A stretch of 32,000 bases of DNA from Mucisphaera calidilacus (GCF_007748075.1 NZ_CP036280.1:270001-302000); one strand, 5' to 3'. Shown: positions 16,266 to 25,714, counted from the first letter of the stretch. The notes: generated by a model not told the origin, from the sequence alone. Numbers and translations: made by a program.

Positions 16266-16293
16266 TTGACAACGGTTGATTGGAGGGTAGTCT
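16266..16293 (+). promoter_or_regulatory. Putative promoter of the leuA leader (TTGACA - 16 nt - TAGTCT)
   Basis: Perfect -35 hexamer at 16266-16271 and a -10-like TAGTCT at 16288-16293. It lies in the divergent region between the epimerase gene and leuA. Confidence 0.35.
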
Positions 16294-16302
16294 TATGTCG
16301 GT

Positions 16303-16380
16303 ATGAAAGCGACTGCGACGCTTATTCTCAACCTTAACGGTCTTCTGGCGCTGCTTACGAGCGGTGAATCAGCCGGATAG
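16303..16380 (+). CDS. Leu-rich leader peptide (25 aa) of a putative leuA transcription attenuator
   Basis: My translation is ATG AAA GCG ACT GCG ACG CTT ATT CTC AAC CTT AAC GGT CTT CTG GCG CTG CTT ACG AGC GGT GAA TCA GCC GGA TAG, giving MKATATLILNLNGLLALLTSGESAG. It has 7 Leu in 25 residues, 4 of them CTT. A strong terminator follows 32 nt later, then leuA. Confidence 0.55.
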   Translation: MKATATLILNLNGLLALLTSGESAG

Positions 16381-16411
16381 GGTTGTGTCGACAAGACGCA
16401 TGTTCACAGCA

Positions 16412-16440
16412 CCCTGTTCGGCGACGGACGGGGTTTTTTT
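16412..16440 (+). terminator. Intrinsic terminator (attenuator) directly upstream of leuA
   Basis: Stem CCCTGTTCG (16412-16420) / CGGACGGGG (16425-16433), 9 bp including two G:U pairs. GCGA tetraloop, then T7 (16434-16440). Confidence 0.7.
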
Positions 16441-16482
16441 ATGGGAATGTATGGGGACGAATCCCCGACGAGGAGCCTTGCG

Positions 16483-18069
16483 ATGGCCACGACGCAGACG
16501 GACGATGAACAGCAGCCGACGACGCGTATCCGGATCTTCGACACGACGCTCCGTGACGGCGAGCAGTCGCCCGGCGCGAGCCTGAATCACGCGGAGAAGG
16601 TGGAGATTGCGCGTCAGCTCGAGCGTCTGGGCGTGGACGTGATCGAGGCGGGTTTCCCGATCACGAGCGTGGGTGATTTCGAGTCGGTGCGTGCGATCGG
16701 TCAGGAGGTGGAGGGGCCGATCGTGGCGGGCTTGTCGCGTTGTGTGCCGAGGGACATCGATCGTGCGGGCGAGGCGCTCAAGGATGCGCACAAGCCTCGG
16801 ATTCACGTGTTCTGCGCGACGTCGAAGATTCACCGCGAGCACAAGCTGCGCAAGGCGTTTGATGAGATCGTGAAGCTGTCGGTGGACTCGGTGCGTCGTG
16901 CGCGGGAGTTCGTGGATGACGTGGAGTTTTCGCCTGAGGACGGCAGCCGGACGGAGTTGAATTACCTGGCGGAGATCACGGCGGCGGTGATCGAGGCGGG
17001 GGCGACGACGGTGAACATCCCGGACACGGTGGGGTATTCGGTGCCGGCGGAGTACGGGCACATCTTCGCGGAGCTGCGTCGGCAGATTCCCGAGATTGAC
17101 CGTGATGGGATTTACCTGTCGAGTCACTGCCACAACGATCTGGGGTTGGCGGTGGCGAACTCGCTGGCGGCGGTGGCGGGGGGTGCGCGTCAGGTCGAGT
17201 GCACGATCAACGGGATCGGCGAGCGTGCGGGGAACGCGGCGCTGGAGGAGATCGTGATGGCGCTGCGGACGCGTAGCGATCACTTTGGCCGGTACGTGAC
17301 GAACATCGACACGACGCGGATCTATCCGACGAGTCGGATGGTGTCGAGTCTGACGGGTCTGTCGGTGCAGCGGAACAAGGCGGTGGTGGGCGACAACGCG
17401 TTCGCGCACGAGAGCGGGATCCATCAGGACGGCGTGCTCAAGCATCGCGAGACGTACGAGATCATGGACCCGCGTGACATTGGTGTGCCGGCGTCGAAGC
17501 TGGTGCTGGGCAAGCACTCGGGGCGTCACGCGTTGGCGGACCGGCTGGAGCAGCTGGGGTATTCGGTGGAGGAGTCGATGCTGCAGCAGGTTTACGAGCG
17601 TTTCAAGGCGTTGGCGGACAAGAAGAAGGACGTTTATGACGAGGACATCGAGGCGATCGTCGATCAGCTGATGGAAAAGAGCCGTGCGTTGTGGACGCTC
17701 AAGCAGTTCCAGGTGATTGCCGGGACGGGCGCGATGCCGACGGCGACGGTGACGCTGGCGGATTCTTCGGGGCAGGAGAAGACGGAGGCGTCGGTGGGTG
17801 ACGGGCCGGTGGACGCGATCTACTCTGCGATCCAGTCGATCACGGGTGTTCGTGTGCGGCTCGAGGATTTCGCGACGCGTTCGATCACGCAGGGCAAGGA
17901 TGCGCAGGGCGAGGTGCAGGTGCGTGTGGATCATCACGGGCAGAAGGCCCGGGGTCGCGGTCTGTCGACGGACACGGTGGAGGCGGCGACGCTGGCGTAT
18001 CTGGCGGCGATCAACCGGATCCGGACGGCTCCGCTGGAGACGGCGGAGGCGGAGGCGGCTTCGCCATGA
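16483..18069 (+). CDS. leuA: 2-isopropylmalate synthase
   Basis: [33 protein letters not shown] and a C-terminal LeuA regulatory domain. Preferred start is ATG 16483 with GAGGAG 7 nt upstream. The longest ORF starts at 16441, immediately after the terminator T-run. Confidence 0.95.
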   Translation: MATTQTDDEQQPTTRIRIFDTTLRDGEQSPGASLNHAEKVEIARQLERLGVDVIEAGFPITSVGDFESVRAIGQEVEGPIVAGLSRCVPRDIDRAGEALKDAHKPRIHVFCATSKIHREHKLRKAFDEIVKLSVDSVRRAREFVDDVEFSPEDGSRTELNYLAEITAAVIEAGATTVNIPDTVGYSVPAEYGHIFAELRRQIPEIDRDGIYLSSHCHNDLGLAVANSLAAVAGGARQVECTINGIGERAGNAALEEIVMALRTRSDHFGRYVTNIDTTRIYPTSRMVSSLTGLSVQRNKAVVGDNAFAHESGIHQDGVLKHRETYEIMDPRDIGVPASKLVLGKHSGRHALADRLEQLGYSVEESMLQQVYERFKALADKKKDVYDEDIEAIVDQLMEKSRALWTLKQFQVIAGTGAMPTATVTLADSSGQEKTEASVGDGPVDAIYSAIQSITGVRVRLEDFATRSITQGKDAQGEVQVRVDHHGQKARGRGLSTDTVEAATLAYLAAINRIRTAPLETAEAEAASP

Positions 18070-18653
18070 TGCTGGCGGCGCGGGAGGTCGGGTTGCGTGA
18101 CGGGGGGGTTGTGTTGCTGCGTTCGCCTGAGGAGGCGGACGTGGAGCGGCTGCTGGGGTATCTGGATCGCGTTCGCCAGGAGACGGACAACCTGTTGTTT
18201 TCGCCGCTGGACCCGCTGCCGAGTGTCGAGGAGGAGCGTCAGTGGGTTCGTCGGAGTCTGGAGGGCCCGCGGAGCCTGACGGTGGTGGCGGAGCGGGGTG
18301 ATGAGCTTGTGGCGTGTTGCGGGGTGGAGGGTTTTGACAACGTTCGGCGGGCGCACGTGGTGAATCTTGGGATCTCGGTGCTGGCGGCGTGGCGGGGGCT
18401 TGGGCTGGGTCGTGTGCTGATGGAGACGCTGATTGACTGGTGCAGGGCGCACGATGAGGTGACGGTGGTGCAGCTGGGGGCGCTGGCGGACAACCTGCGT
18501 GCGTGCGGGTTGTACCGGTCGCTGGGGTTCGTGGATGAGGGGCGTCGTGTGCGGGCGTACTGCCGGGAGACGACGGGTTACGTGGATGAGCTTTTGATGA
18601 GCCTGTGGGTGGGGGAGGGCGTGGGGGCGTCGGCGGGGGTCGGTTCGGAGTAG
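18066..18653 (+). CDS. GNAT-family N-acetyltransferase (RimJ/RimL-like)
   Basis: Acetyl-CoA binding region ISVLAAWRGLGLGRVLMETLIDW and a GLYRSLGF motif. ATGA overlap with the leuA stop. Confidence 0.75.
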   Translation: MMLAAREVGLRDGGVVLLRSPEEADVERLLGYLDRVRQETDNLLFSPLDPLPSVEEERQWVRRSLEGPRSLTVVAERGDELVACCGVEGFDNVRRAHVVNLGISVLAAWRGLGLGRVLMETLIDWCRAHDEVTVVQLGALADNLRACGLYRSLGFVDEGRRVRAYCRETTGYVDELLMSLWVGEGVGASAGVGSE

Positions 18654-18690
18654 ACTGTTTGTCAGCATTCAGAAGGCAACGGAGGCCGCT

Positions 18691-20127
18691 GTGACTCAGA
18701 TCATCAGGCAGTTGTCGGGCGTCGAGGATCCCACGCACATCAAGCATTTTGTGTTGGACACGAATGTGCTGCTGCACAATCCGAACGCTCTGTACATGTT
18801 CGACGACAACCAGGTCATTGTCCCGTTCGCGGTGCTGGAGGAGTTGGACAAGTTCAAGAAGGCGAATGATGACGTGGGTCGTTCGGCGCGTGAGGTGATT
18901 CGTCAGCTGGACCGGCTGCGTCAGAAGGGTCGTCTGGCGGACGGGGTGGCGTGGAACGACAAGGGCGGTTCGATCCGTGTGGATTTCGCGGAGGACGTCC
19001 GGCCCAAGGCGTTGACGGACCAGGTGCCGGACAACCGGATCATCGGGGTGGCGTGGGGTCTCAAGGAGCGTGGTTTCCGGTCGATCATGATCACGAAGGA
19101 CATCAACGTCCGCTTGAAGAGTGATTCGCTGGGGATCCAGACGGAGGACTTCGAGGCCCAGAAGGTTGACATCGACCACCTGTACGCGGGGTACACGACG
19201 CTGGACGTGGCGGGTGAGCTGATCGACCAGCTTTATGAGGAGAAGCAGCTGGAGGTGGAGGCGTTGGCGCCGTCGCCTGAGGCGGGGTTGCTGGAGCCGC
19301 TGGGGCCGTCGGTGCTGGACGAGGACGAGGGTCTGGAGTTGCACGCGAACCAGTTTGTGCAGCTGCGGAACGCGGTGGACGAGTCGCACACGGGCTTGGC
19401 GCGTCGTCTGGCGGACACGGACCACCTGATCCCGGTGCACGGCCCGCGGAAGCCGGTGACGGGGATCATGGCGCGGAACGTTCAGCAGACGATGGCGCTG
19501 GATCTGTTGCTGGATGACGAGATCAAGCTGCTGACGCTTTTGGGCACGGCGGGGACGGGCAAGACGTTGCTGGCGTTGGCGGCGGGGATGACGAAGGTGT
19601 TCGCGGAGCAGCGTTACGACAAGCTGCTGGTGGCGCGGCCGATCATGCCGATGGGCCGGGACATCGGTTATCTGCCGGGTGACAAGGACGAGAAGTTGTC
19701 GGCGTGGATGCAGCCGATTTTCGACAACCTGCAGTACCTGTTGTCGACGCGTGGTGCGGGGTCGCAGCACGCGGAGTCGAAGCAGCCGGAGCAGCGGATC
19801 GAGTACCTGATGTCGAGCGGTCAGCTGGTGCTGGAGCCGCTGACGTATATTCGTGGCCGTTCGATCCCGCACCAGTTCATGATCATTGACGAGGCTCAGA
19901 ACCTGACGCCTCATGAGGTGAAGACGATCGTGTCGCGTGTGGGTGAGGGGACGAAGATCGTGCTGACGGGTGACATTGCGCAGATCGACAACCCGTACCT
20001 GGACGCGTCGTCGAACGGCTTGTCGTTCATGGTGGAGCGTCTCAAGGGCGAGGCGCTGGTGGGTCATGTGCTGCTGGCGCGGACAGAGCGTTCGGAGCTG
20101 GCGTCGCTGGCGGCGGAGAAGCTGTAG
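18691..20127 (+). CDS. PhoH2-type protein: N-terminal PIN domain fused to a PhoH-like ATPase
   Basis: PIN motifs FVLDTNVLLHNP and FAVLEELD. P-loop GTAGTGKTLLALAAG and Walker B FMIIDEAQNL. GTG start with GGAGG 6 nt upstream. Confidence 0.85.
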   Translation: MTQIIRQLSGVEDPTHIKHFVLDTNVLLHNPNALYMFDDNQVIVPFAVLEELDKFKKANDDVGRSAREVIRQLDRLRQKGRLADGVAWNDKGGSIRVDFAEDVRPKALTDQVPDNRIIGVAWGLKERGFRSIMITKDINVRLKSDSLGIQTEDFEAQKVDIDHLYAGYTTLDVAGELIDQLYEEKQLEVEALAPSPEAGLLEPLGPSVLDEDEGLELHANQFVQLRNAVDESHTGLARRLADTDHLIPVHGPRKPVTGIMARNVQQTMALDLLLDDEIKLLTLLGTAGTGKTLLALAAGMTKVFAEQRYDKLLVARPIMPMGRDIGYLPGDKDEKLSAWMQPIFDNLQYLLSTRGAGSQHAESKQPEQRIEYLMSSGQLVLEPLTYIRGRSIPHQFMIIDEAQNLTPHEVKTIVSRVGEGTKIVLTGDIAQIDNPYLDASSNGLSFMVERLKGEALVGHVLLARTERSELASLAAEKL

Positions 20128-20218
20128 AGGGGGTGTGAAACGTGGCGGGGGCGTGCGGTGCCGCGGGCAGGTCTTCGGCTGCGGTTTCGATCTATGCAGA
20201 GCCGGTCGGCGTTGGTGT

Positions 20219-20899
20219 TTAGTTGTCGAGGGCCGGGGGTTTGAGGGGCAGGGTGGGTCCGGGGACGATGCCGAGGCGTCGGAAGGCGGGGTCGATGTCG
20301 GGGTGGTCGGGGTCGACGTAGGCGGCGTAGCGGAGGTTGCGTGCCGCGTGGACGTTGTCGTTGATGGACTCGAAGAAGCGAGCGGCGGCGAGGTAGGGTT
20401 CGGGGTCGTCGGGCTGGGCGAAGTTGGCGGCTTTCTGGAAGGCGACGGCGGCGAGGTCGTGGTCGCCGAGCTTGATCATGTAGTCGGCCTGTCGGAGGTA
20501 GGAGCGGACGCTGGGGTCTTCGGCGGTGGTGGTCTCGAGGAGGTCGTAGAGGTCGATGGGTCGGTCCTGCTTGTAGAGGGCCTCGGCGAGCCGGTCGAGG
20601 GCGCGGTTGGCGAGAGTGGTGTCGTGCCGTCGTGCGGCGACGACCTTTTCGAGTTCGAACTGCGCCTCGCGGTATTGACCCTCGTTCAGCAAGCATTCGC
20701 CGAGGTAGAGTCGTGCGCGGTGGTCGAGGGGTTCTTTGTCGAGGCAGGCGCGGTAGTGGTCGATGGCGGCGGCGTACTCGCCCCGTGCCTGGGCGGTCTG
20801 TCCCTTTTCGCGGTGCATGGTTGCGGTGACGCAGCCTGCGGCGAGCAGGGTCAGGGCGGCGAGGGTGAGGGCGGCGGCGATGTTATGAATACGGGTCAT
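20219..20899 (-). CDS. TPR-repeat lipoprotein
   Basis: Preferred start is ATG 20899 (MTRIHNIAAALTLAALTLLAAGC, lipobox LAAGC) with GGAGA 8 nt upstream. TPR-like helices include YAAAIDHYRACLDKEP and GQYREAQFELEKVV. Confidence 0.75.
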   Translation of the reverse strand: MTRIHNIAAALTLAALTLLAAGCVTATMHREKGQTAQARGEYAAAIDHYRACLDKEPLDHRARLYLGECLLNEGQYREAQFELEKVVAARRHDTTLANRALDRLAEALYKQDRPIDLYDLLETTTAEDPSVRSYLRQADYMIKLGDHDLAAVAFQKAANFAQPDDPEPYLAAARFFESINDNVHAARNLRYAAYVDPDHPDIDPAFRRLGIVPGPTLPLKPPALDN

Positions 20900-21014
20900 C
20901 CGTGGGTCTCCGGGGGATCCGGGGGCGTTGTACCGAATGAACATCGGCGTTTCGTGGGTTTTGAGATTACCGCCTGGGGTTGACGGGGGCCAGCGGAGCG
21001 GCGAAGAGGGGTTT

Positions 21015-21395
21015 ATGGACGGACCGGGATTCGTGATTCTGGAGCACCGGCTGCCTGGCGCGCCGCATTTTGACCTGATGCTGTCGCTCGGGGCGTGTCG
21101 TGATCCGGAGGCGCGGGATCTGTGGACGGTTCGTGTGGGGGAGCGGCCGGGGGGCTGGGCGGGTCGCGTGGTGGTGGCGGATCGGCTGGCGGATCACCGG
21201 CGGGCTTACCTGAGGCGGACGGGGCTGGTGTCGGGGGGGCGCGGGACGGTTCGGCGGGTGGATCGGGGGCGGTTGTGGGTGCACCGTCTGGCGGAGGGTC
21301 TGGTGGATGTTTCGGTGTGCGGGCGTGTGGTGGCGGGGCGGCTGCGTGGCGAGCGTCTGGCGGGGGATCGCTGGCGGCTGTCTTTTCGTGTTTGA
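21015..21395 (+). CDS. Small stand-alone LigD N-terminal (3'-phosphoesterase-like, PF13298-type) domain protein
   Basis: FVILEHRLPGAPHFDLML ... ADRLADHRRAYL ... GLVSGGRGTVRRVDRG follows the FVxQxH..HYDLRLE..EDHPxxY..G.G.V pattern. Start is ATG 21015 with a GAGGGG RBS. The track ORF begins at 20928, inside the divergent gene. Confidence 0.55.
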   Translation: MDGPGFVILEHRLPGAPHFDLMLSLGACRDPEARDLWTVRVGERPGGWAGRVVVADRLADHRRAYLRRTGLVSGGRGTVRRVDRGRLWVHRLAEGLVDVSVCGRVVAGRLRGERLAGDRWRLSFRV

Positions 21396-21478
21396 GCGTG
21401 GGGGTCGCCGACGTATAGTGGAGAGACAGGTCTGCTGTTTCATGTCTTTTGGATCACCCGGATCAGGGAGTTGAACTG

Positions 21479-21868
21479 ATGTCTGACAAGCCGATTGATG
21501 ACAAGGAACTTCTGGACAACGCGATCCCGATTCCACACCAGGAGGACGAGCTGCTCGAGCCGATCGACGTCTCGGAGGAGTCGGCGTCTTTGGAGCCGGA
21601 CAAGAAGCCGAAGATCACGTCGTTCGCGGAGCGTGAGCACCGGAAGGTGGAGTGGAAGCGTGCGCCGATGCAGACGGGGACGGGCGCGTGTCACGTGAAG
21701 ACGTTCGTGACGAAGCTGCGTCTGGATGCGTTGGAGCACATCGATGAGATCGTGAACGCGTGGTTGGACGAGAACCCGACGTACGAGGTGAAGTTCGTGA
21801 CGACGACGGTCGGCAAGCTGGTGGGCAAGACGACCGAGGACGCGTTGATCATGAACGTGTGGGTTTGA
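21479..21868 (+). CDS. Hypothetical protein (acidic N-terminus, conserved-looking C-terminal alpha/beta domain)
   Basis: ATG 21479 with GGGAG 9 nt upstream. Codon usage matches neighbouring genes. I recognise no motif. Confidence 0.6.
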   Translation: MSDKPIDDKELLDNAIPIPHQEDELLEPIDVSEESASLEPDKKPKITSFAEREHRKVEWKRAPMQTGTGACHVKTFVTKLRLDALEHIDEIVNAWLDENPTYEVKFVTTTVGKLVGKTTEDALIMNVWV

Positions 21869-21951
21869 GCCGATTCGGTCGGGGGGATGTTTTTGGTCTT
21901 CGGGGGCTATGATTGGGGGTGTCTGGTGTTCCATGAAGGAAGGATGATCTG

Positions 21952-22443
21952 ATGATTGCGAAATCGGGAATGCGTGCTACGAAGAATCATGTGGCGGCTG
22001 AGTCTCGCGAGAAGCTGGTGGCGATGCAGAACGGTCTGCTGGCGGCTTTGACGGACCTGCACAGCCAGTTGAAGCAGGCTCACTGGAACCTGCGTGGGCC
22101 GGGGTTCATTGCGCTGCACGAGATGTTTGACGAGGCGGCGGGTGAGGTGACGGGGTACATCGACGACGTGGCGGAGCGGATCGGTCAGCTGGGTGGACTG
22201 GCGTCGGGGACGGTTCGGGATGCTGCTGCGGCGACGCCTCTGGCGGCGTACCCGGAGGGCCTGACGGAGCAGGCGATGACGATCGAGGTGGTGTCGACGG
22301 CGCTGGCGGAGACGGCGAAGCGTACCAGGCAGGCGATCGACGATGCGGACAATCTGGGCGATCAGGTGACGGCGGATTTGTACACGGAGATCACGGCGGG
22401 TCTGGACAAAACTTTGTGGTTTGTGGAGTCGCATGTCGGATGA
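21952..22443 (+). CDS. dps: Dps-family DNA-protection/ferritin-like protein
   Basis: LHSQLKQAHWNLRGPGFIALHEMFDE and DDVAERIGQLGG are typical Dps ferroxidase-site helices. Confidence 0.85.
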   Translation: MIAKSGMRATKNHVAAESREKLVAMQNGLLAALTDLHSQLKQAHWNLRGPGFIALHEMFDEAAGEVTGYIDDVAERIGQLGGLASGTVRDAAAATPLAAYPEGLTEQAMTIEVVSTALAETAKRTRQAIDDADNLGDQVTADLYTEITAGLDKTLWFVESHVG

Positions 22444-22471
22444 TGGGGTGGGTTTGCGGTAAGCTCCGCCC

Positions 22472-25471
22472 ATGCTTGAGACCAACCCCTTCCCGCAGTT
22501 TGACCTTCCCCGCCTGGCCCGTGCGAAGACTCGTCTCGAAGAGATGATCTGGCGGGTGGATCCCTCGCCTCTGGCGGTGTCGCAGTCGAAGCCGACGCGT
22601 GACCACGTGACGTTCGCTGAGGCGAAGAAGCTCGCGTTCAAGCCTGTGAAGCGGACGCCTCGTTATTGGGGCAAGGTGTTTGACCAGTGCTGGTGGCGGG
22701 TTGAGATCCCCAAGCTCAAGGGTGATGAGCAGGTTTATCTGCTGTGGCGGGACCGGGGGGAGGCGACGTTGTACGCGGATGGCGAGCCGGTGTACGGGAT
22801 CGACCCGGGGCACCATTTTGCGCCGCTGCGCAAGGGTGTGAAGCAGTGGATGGTGGAGTCGGCGTGCTGCCGGACGGGGATCTGGGTGCCTGGCGAGACG
22901 CAGGGTCTGGAGGCGGAGGGGAGTCGTTTCGAGGGTGCTTTCCTGGCGTACCGTGATGATGAGGCGTGGGGTGCGTTTCATGATTTTGACGTGCTGATCC
23001 AGTTGCTGGACGAGCTGCGTCTGCCGGACTACCCGTCGCGGGTGAATCGTTATGACGCGGTGGGGTACAAGCCGGAGCTGCACGCGGCGGAGCCGACGTT
23101 CCGCTGGATGCTCGAGCGGATGAGTCGTTCGGTGGATGCGCTGGACCGCGAGGGCGTGGGGGCGATGCGGAAGGTGCTGGCGGAGGTTTACCGCGGGCTT
23201 CAGGGGATGGACGAGAAGGTCAAGGCGGTGTTGACGGGGCATGCGCACATCGATCTGGTGTGGCTGTGGCCTGAGCGTGTGGGCGAGTTCAAGGCGATCC
23301 ACACGTTCTCGAACACGCTGAGCATCCTGGAGCAGTACCCGGAGTTCCGGTTCGGTTATTCGCAGCCGGCGAGTTACCAGGCGGTGGAGCGTCGTTGTCC
23401 GTCGCTGATGAAGCGTGTGCGGGCGGCGATTGATTCGGGTGCGTGGGAGGCCACGGGCGCGATGCAGGTGGAGTCGGACACGCAGCTGCCTTGCGGCGAG
23501 GCGCTGGTGCGTGCGGTGGCGTTCGGTCAGCGTGGCTTCAAGGAGGTGCGTGGCGAGGCGAGTCGTGTGTTGTGGCTGCCCGACGTGTTCGGGTATTCGG
23601 GTTGTGTGCCGCAGATTCTTGCGGGTTTTGGTGTGCCCTATTTCTTCACGACGAAGCTGCACTGGTCGACGGGTCAGCGTTTCCCGTACACGAGTTTCCG
23701 CTGGATGGGTCACGACGGCAGCGAGGTGCTGGCGCACGTGATCTGGAATCACTACAACATGGAGGCGAAGCCTCAGGAGCTGATCCGTCTGGCGGAGCAT
23801 CATCGTCAGGCGGCGGTTCACGACGAGTTCCTGGTGCCGACGGGCTTTGGCGACGGCGGCGGCGGTGCGACGGAGGGGATGCTGGAGCGTGCGCGTCGGA
23901 TCAAGGATCTGCGTGGCGTGCCGAATGCGTCGTGGGGCGGGATCGAGCCGTTCTTCGACCGGATGGCGGAGAAGCGGGACGCGTTGCCGGCGTGGCGTGG
24001 CGAGATGTACCTGGAGTTCCACCGTGGGGTTCAGACGACGCAGTGCGCGTTGAAGAACTACTACCGGCGTGCGGAGCGCCAGTTGCAGGTGCTGGAGGCG
24101 GTTCACGCGGTGAAGGGGATGGGGCCGGTGGACCCTGTGCTTTGGGAGCGTGTGCTGTTCGCGCAGTTCCACGATTATCTGCCGGGCAGCTCGGTGCGTG
24201 AGGTGTATGACGAGGCGGTGCCCGAGTTGGCGTCGATCGGTGATGTGGCTGAGAAGGAGGCGGCGGGGGCGTTGAAGGGTCGTGGCAAGGCGTGTGTGTT
24301 CAACCCGCTGGCGCAGCCGATGACGGCGGCGGTCAACGGTGCGATGCGTCAGCTCCCGCCCTTGAGCGGTGTTGAGGTGGATTCGCTGGACGCGATCGTT
24401 GCGGGTGATGTCAAGGCGACGAAGCGTAGTCTTGTGAGTGAGCGTGTGGAGGCTCGGTTTGACGCGAAGGGGTGCGTGGTTTCGCTGGTGATCGATGGCG
24501 AGATGGTGCCGCTGGAGGGCGTGGCTGCGGAGCCCTGGGTGTTCCCGGATCAGCCGGCGATGTACAACGCGTGGGACGTGGACCGGCCGACGCTTGCGAT
24601 CGGCGAGGCGGTGTCGTCGAAGGCGGAGGTGGTGCTGGACGACTCGGACGGGTTGATGCCCAGGCTCAGTTTTACGCGTCGTGTGGGGGCGTCGAGTGAG
24701 ATGACGGTGTCGTACAGCCTGGATCCGGTGCGTCCTGTGCTGCACATGGACGTGGAGGTGGACTGGCAGGATCGTGACACGCTGCTGAAGCTGGTGTTCC
24801 CGACGGGTTACTGCGGTAAGCAGGCTCGTTACGGTGCTCCGTTCGGCAGTGCGCTGCGTGGGCAGTCGGCGGGCCCGCTGGCGAACGAGGCGATGTTCGA
24901 GAACCCGGGCAGCCGCTGGGTGACGGTTTCGGACGACACCGAGGCGGACGGTTTCATGGTGGTGACGGAGCGGACGTACGGCTTTGGTGTGCGTGAGGGT
25001 CAGGTGCATGTGAGCCTGGTGCGGAGTCCGCGGATGGGGCGCTCGGGCGATGCCCCGGTGGACTCGGAGGGTCGTGCCGAGCATGATTACGCGGACCTTG
25101 GGCGTCATCACTTCCGATTGGCGGTTGGGCGTTTCACGGCGGACGCGGTGCTAGAGGAGCAGCCGGCGGCGCTGGCGGACCTGCTTTACGCCGAGCCGAT
25201 TGAGTATCGCGGCGGGGCGACGGAGCCTGTGGTCTATGGGGTTGAGGGTTTGTCGTCGGTGGTGCCGAGTTGGGTGAAGCCTGAGCCGGGCGGGGGGATG
25301 ACGGTTCGGCTGCAGGAGTCGCTCGGGCGACGGGGTTGGGTGAGTCTGGACCTGGGTGGTCGCTCGTGGCACCTGACGGATCTGGCGGGTACGCCTGTGA
25401 GCGAAGCGACGACGCATCCGTGTGCGGTTGAGGTGAAGCCTTATCAGATCATCAGCGTGCGCGTGGGGTAG
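22472..25471 (+). CDS. Glycoside hydrolase family 38 alpha-mannosidase
   Basis: 999 aa. GHAHIDLVWLWP metal-binding motif, FGYSQPASYQ, WLPDVFGYSG and EFHRGVQTTQ. Confidence 0.85.
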   Translation: MLETNPFPQFDLPRLARAKTRLEEMIWRVDPSPLAVSQSKPTRDHVTFAEAKKLAFKPVKRTPRYWGKVFDQCWWRVEIPKLKGDEQVYLLWRDRGEATLYADGEPVYGIDPGHHFAPLRKGVKQWMVESACCRTGIWVPGETQGLEAEGSRFEGAFLAYRDDEAWGAFHDFDVLIQLLDELRLPDYPSRVNRYDAVGYKPELHAAEPTFRWMLERMSRSVDALDREGVGAMRKVLAEVYRGLQGMDEKVKAVLTGHAHIDLVWLWPERVGEFKAIHTFSNTLSILEQYPEFRFGYSQPASYQAVERRCPSLMKRVRAAIDSGAWEATGAMQVESDTQLPCGEALVRAVAFGQRGFKEVRGEASRVLWLPDVFGYSGCVPQILAGFGVPYFFTTKLHWSTGQRFPYTSFRWMGHDGSEVLAHVIWNHYNMEAKPQELIRLAEHHRQAAVHDEFLVPTGFGDGGGGATEGMLERARRIKDLRGVPNASWGGIEPFFDRMAEKRDALPAWRGEMYLEFHRGVQTTQCALKNYYRRAERQLQVLEAVHAVKGMGPVDPVLWERVLFAQFHDYLPGSSVREVYDEAVPELASIGDVAEKEAAGALKGRGKACVFNPLAQPMTAAVNGAMRQLPPLSGVEVDSLDAIVAGDVKATKRSLVSERVEARFDAKGCVVSLVIDGEMVPLEGVAAEPWVFPDQPAMYNAWDVDRPTLAIGEAVSSKAEVVLDDSDGLMPRLSFTRRVGASSEMTVSYSLDPVRPVLHMDVEVDWQDRDTLLKLVFPTGYCGKQARYGAPFGSALRGQSAGPLANEAMFENPGSRWVTVSDDTEADGFMVVTERTYGFGVREGQVHVSLVRSPRMGRSGDAPVDSEGRAEHDYADLGRHHFRLAVGRFTADAVLEEQPAALADLLYAEPIEYRGGATEPVVYGVEGLSSVVPSWVKPEPGGGMTVRLQESLGRRGWVSLDLGGRSWHLTDLAGTPVSEATTHPCAVEVKPYQIISVRVG

Positions 25472-25546
25472 CCCCCAACGAGCGTGGCTTGATATGTGCA
25501 GGGGGCAGGATCATGCGATGCCCCCGTATGTCACGCCGGGATGGAA

Positions 25547-25714
25547 TCATCCCCGGCCGACGAGGAAGTAGATGATAGCGCCGAGGAGGGGGAAGAGGAG
25601 GATGAGGATGATCCAGATGGTTTTCTTGCCGGTGCTCATGGGCTGGCCGACGACGTCAATGATGGCGTAGATGGCGACGGCCAGAACGACGAGGCTGAGG
25701 ATGAGTTCGAGCAT
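25547..25714 (-). CDS. Small membrane protein with a PLDc_N-type domain (55 aa); absent from the ORF track
   Basis: My translation is MLELILSLVVLAVAIYAIIDVVGQPMSTGKKTIWIILILLFPLLGAIIYFLVGRG. It has two TM helices and the IYAIIDV ... W ... P.LG...Y...GR pattern. GAGGA RBS 7-8 nt upstream of ATG 25714. Confidence 0.7.
   Translation of the reverse strand: MLELILSLVVLAVAIYAIIDVVGQPMSTGKKTIWIILILLFPLLGAIIYFLVGRG

Noticed and set aside
16369-20067. 1232-aa minus-strand ORF opposite leuA, the GNAT gene and the PhoH2 gene
   Set aside because: It is an antisense shadow ORF typical of GC3-rich genes. Its composition is Arg/His/Gln/Pro/Leu low-complexity, it has no motifs, and it overlaps three well-supported + strand genes.
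22391-25111. 906-aa minus-strand ORF opposite the GH38 mannosidase. Similar shadows include 5235..6410 -, 7789..8943 -, 13339..14772 -, 28188..29354 -, 19970..20983 + and 30839..31897 +.
   Set aside because: The reasoning is the same. They are low-complexity R/P/H/G-rich translations overlapping genes with clear family motifs on the other strand.
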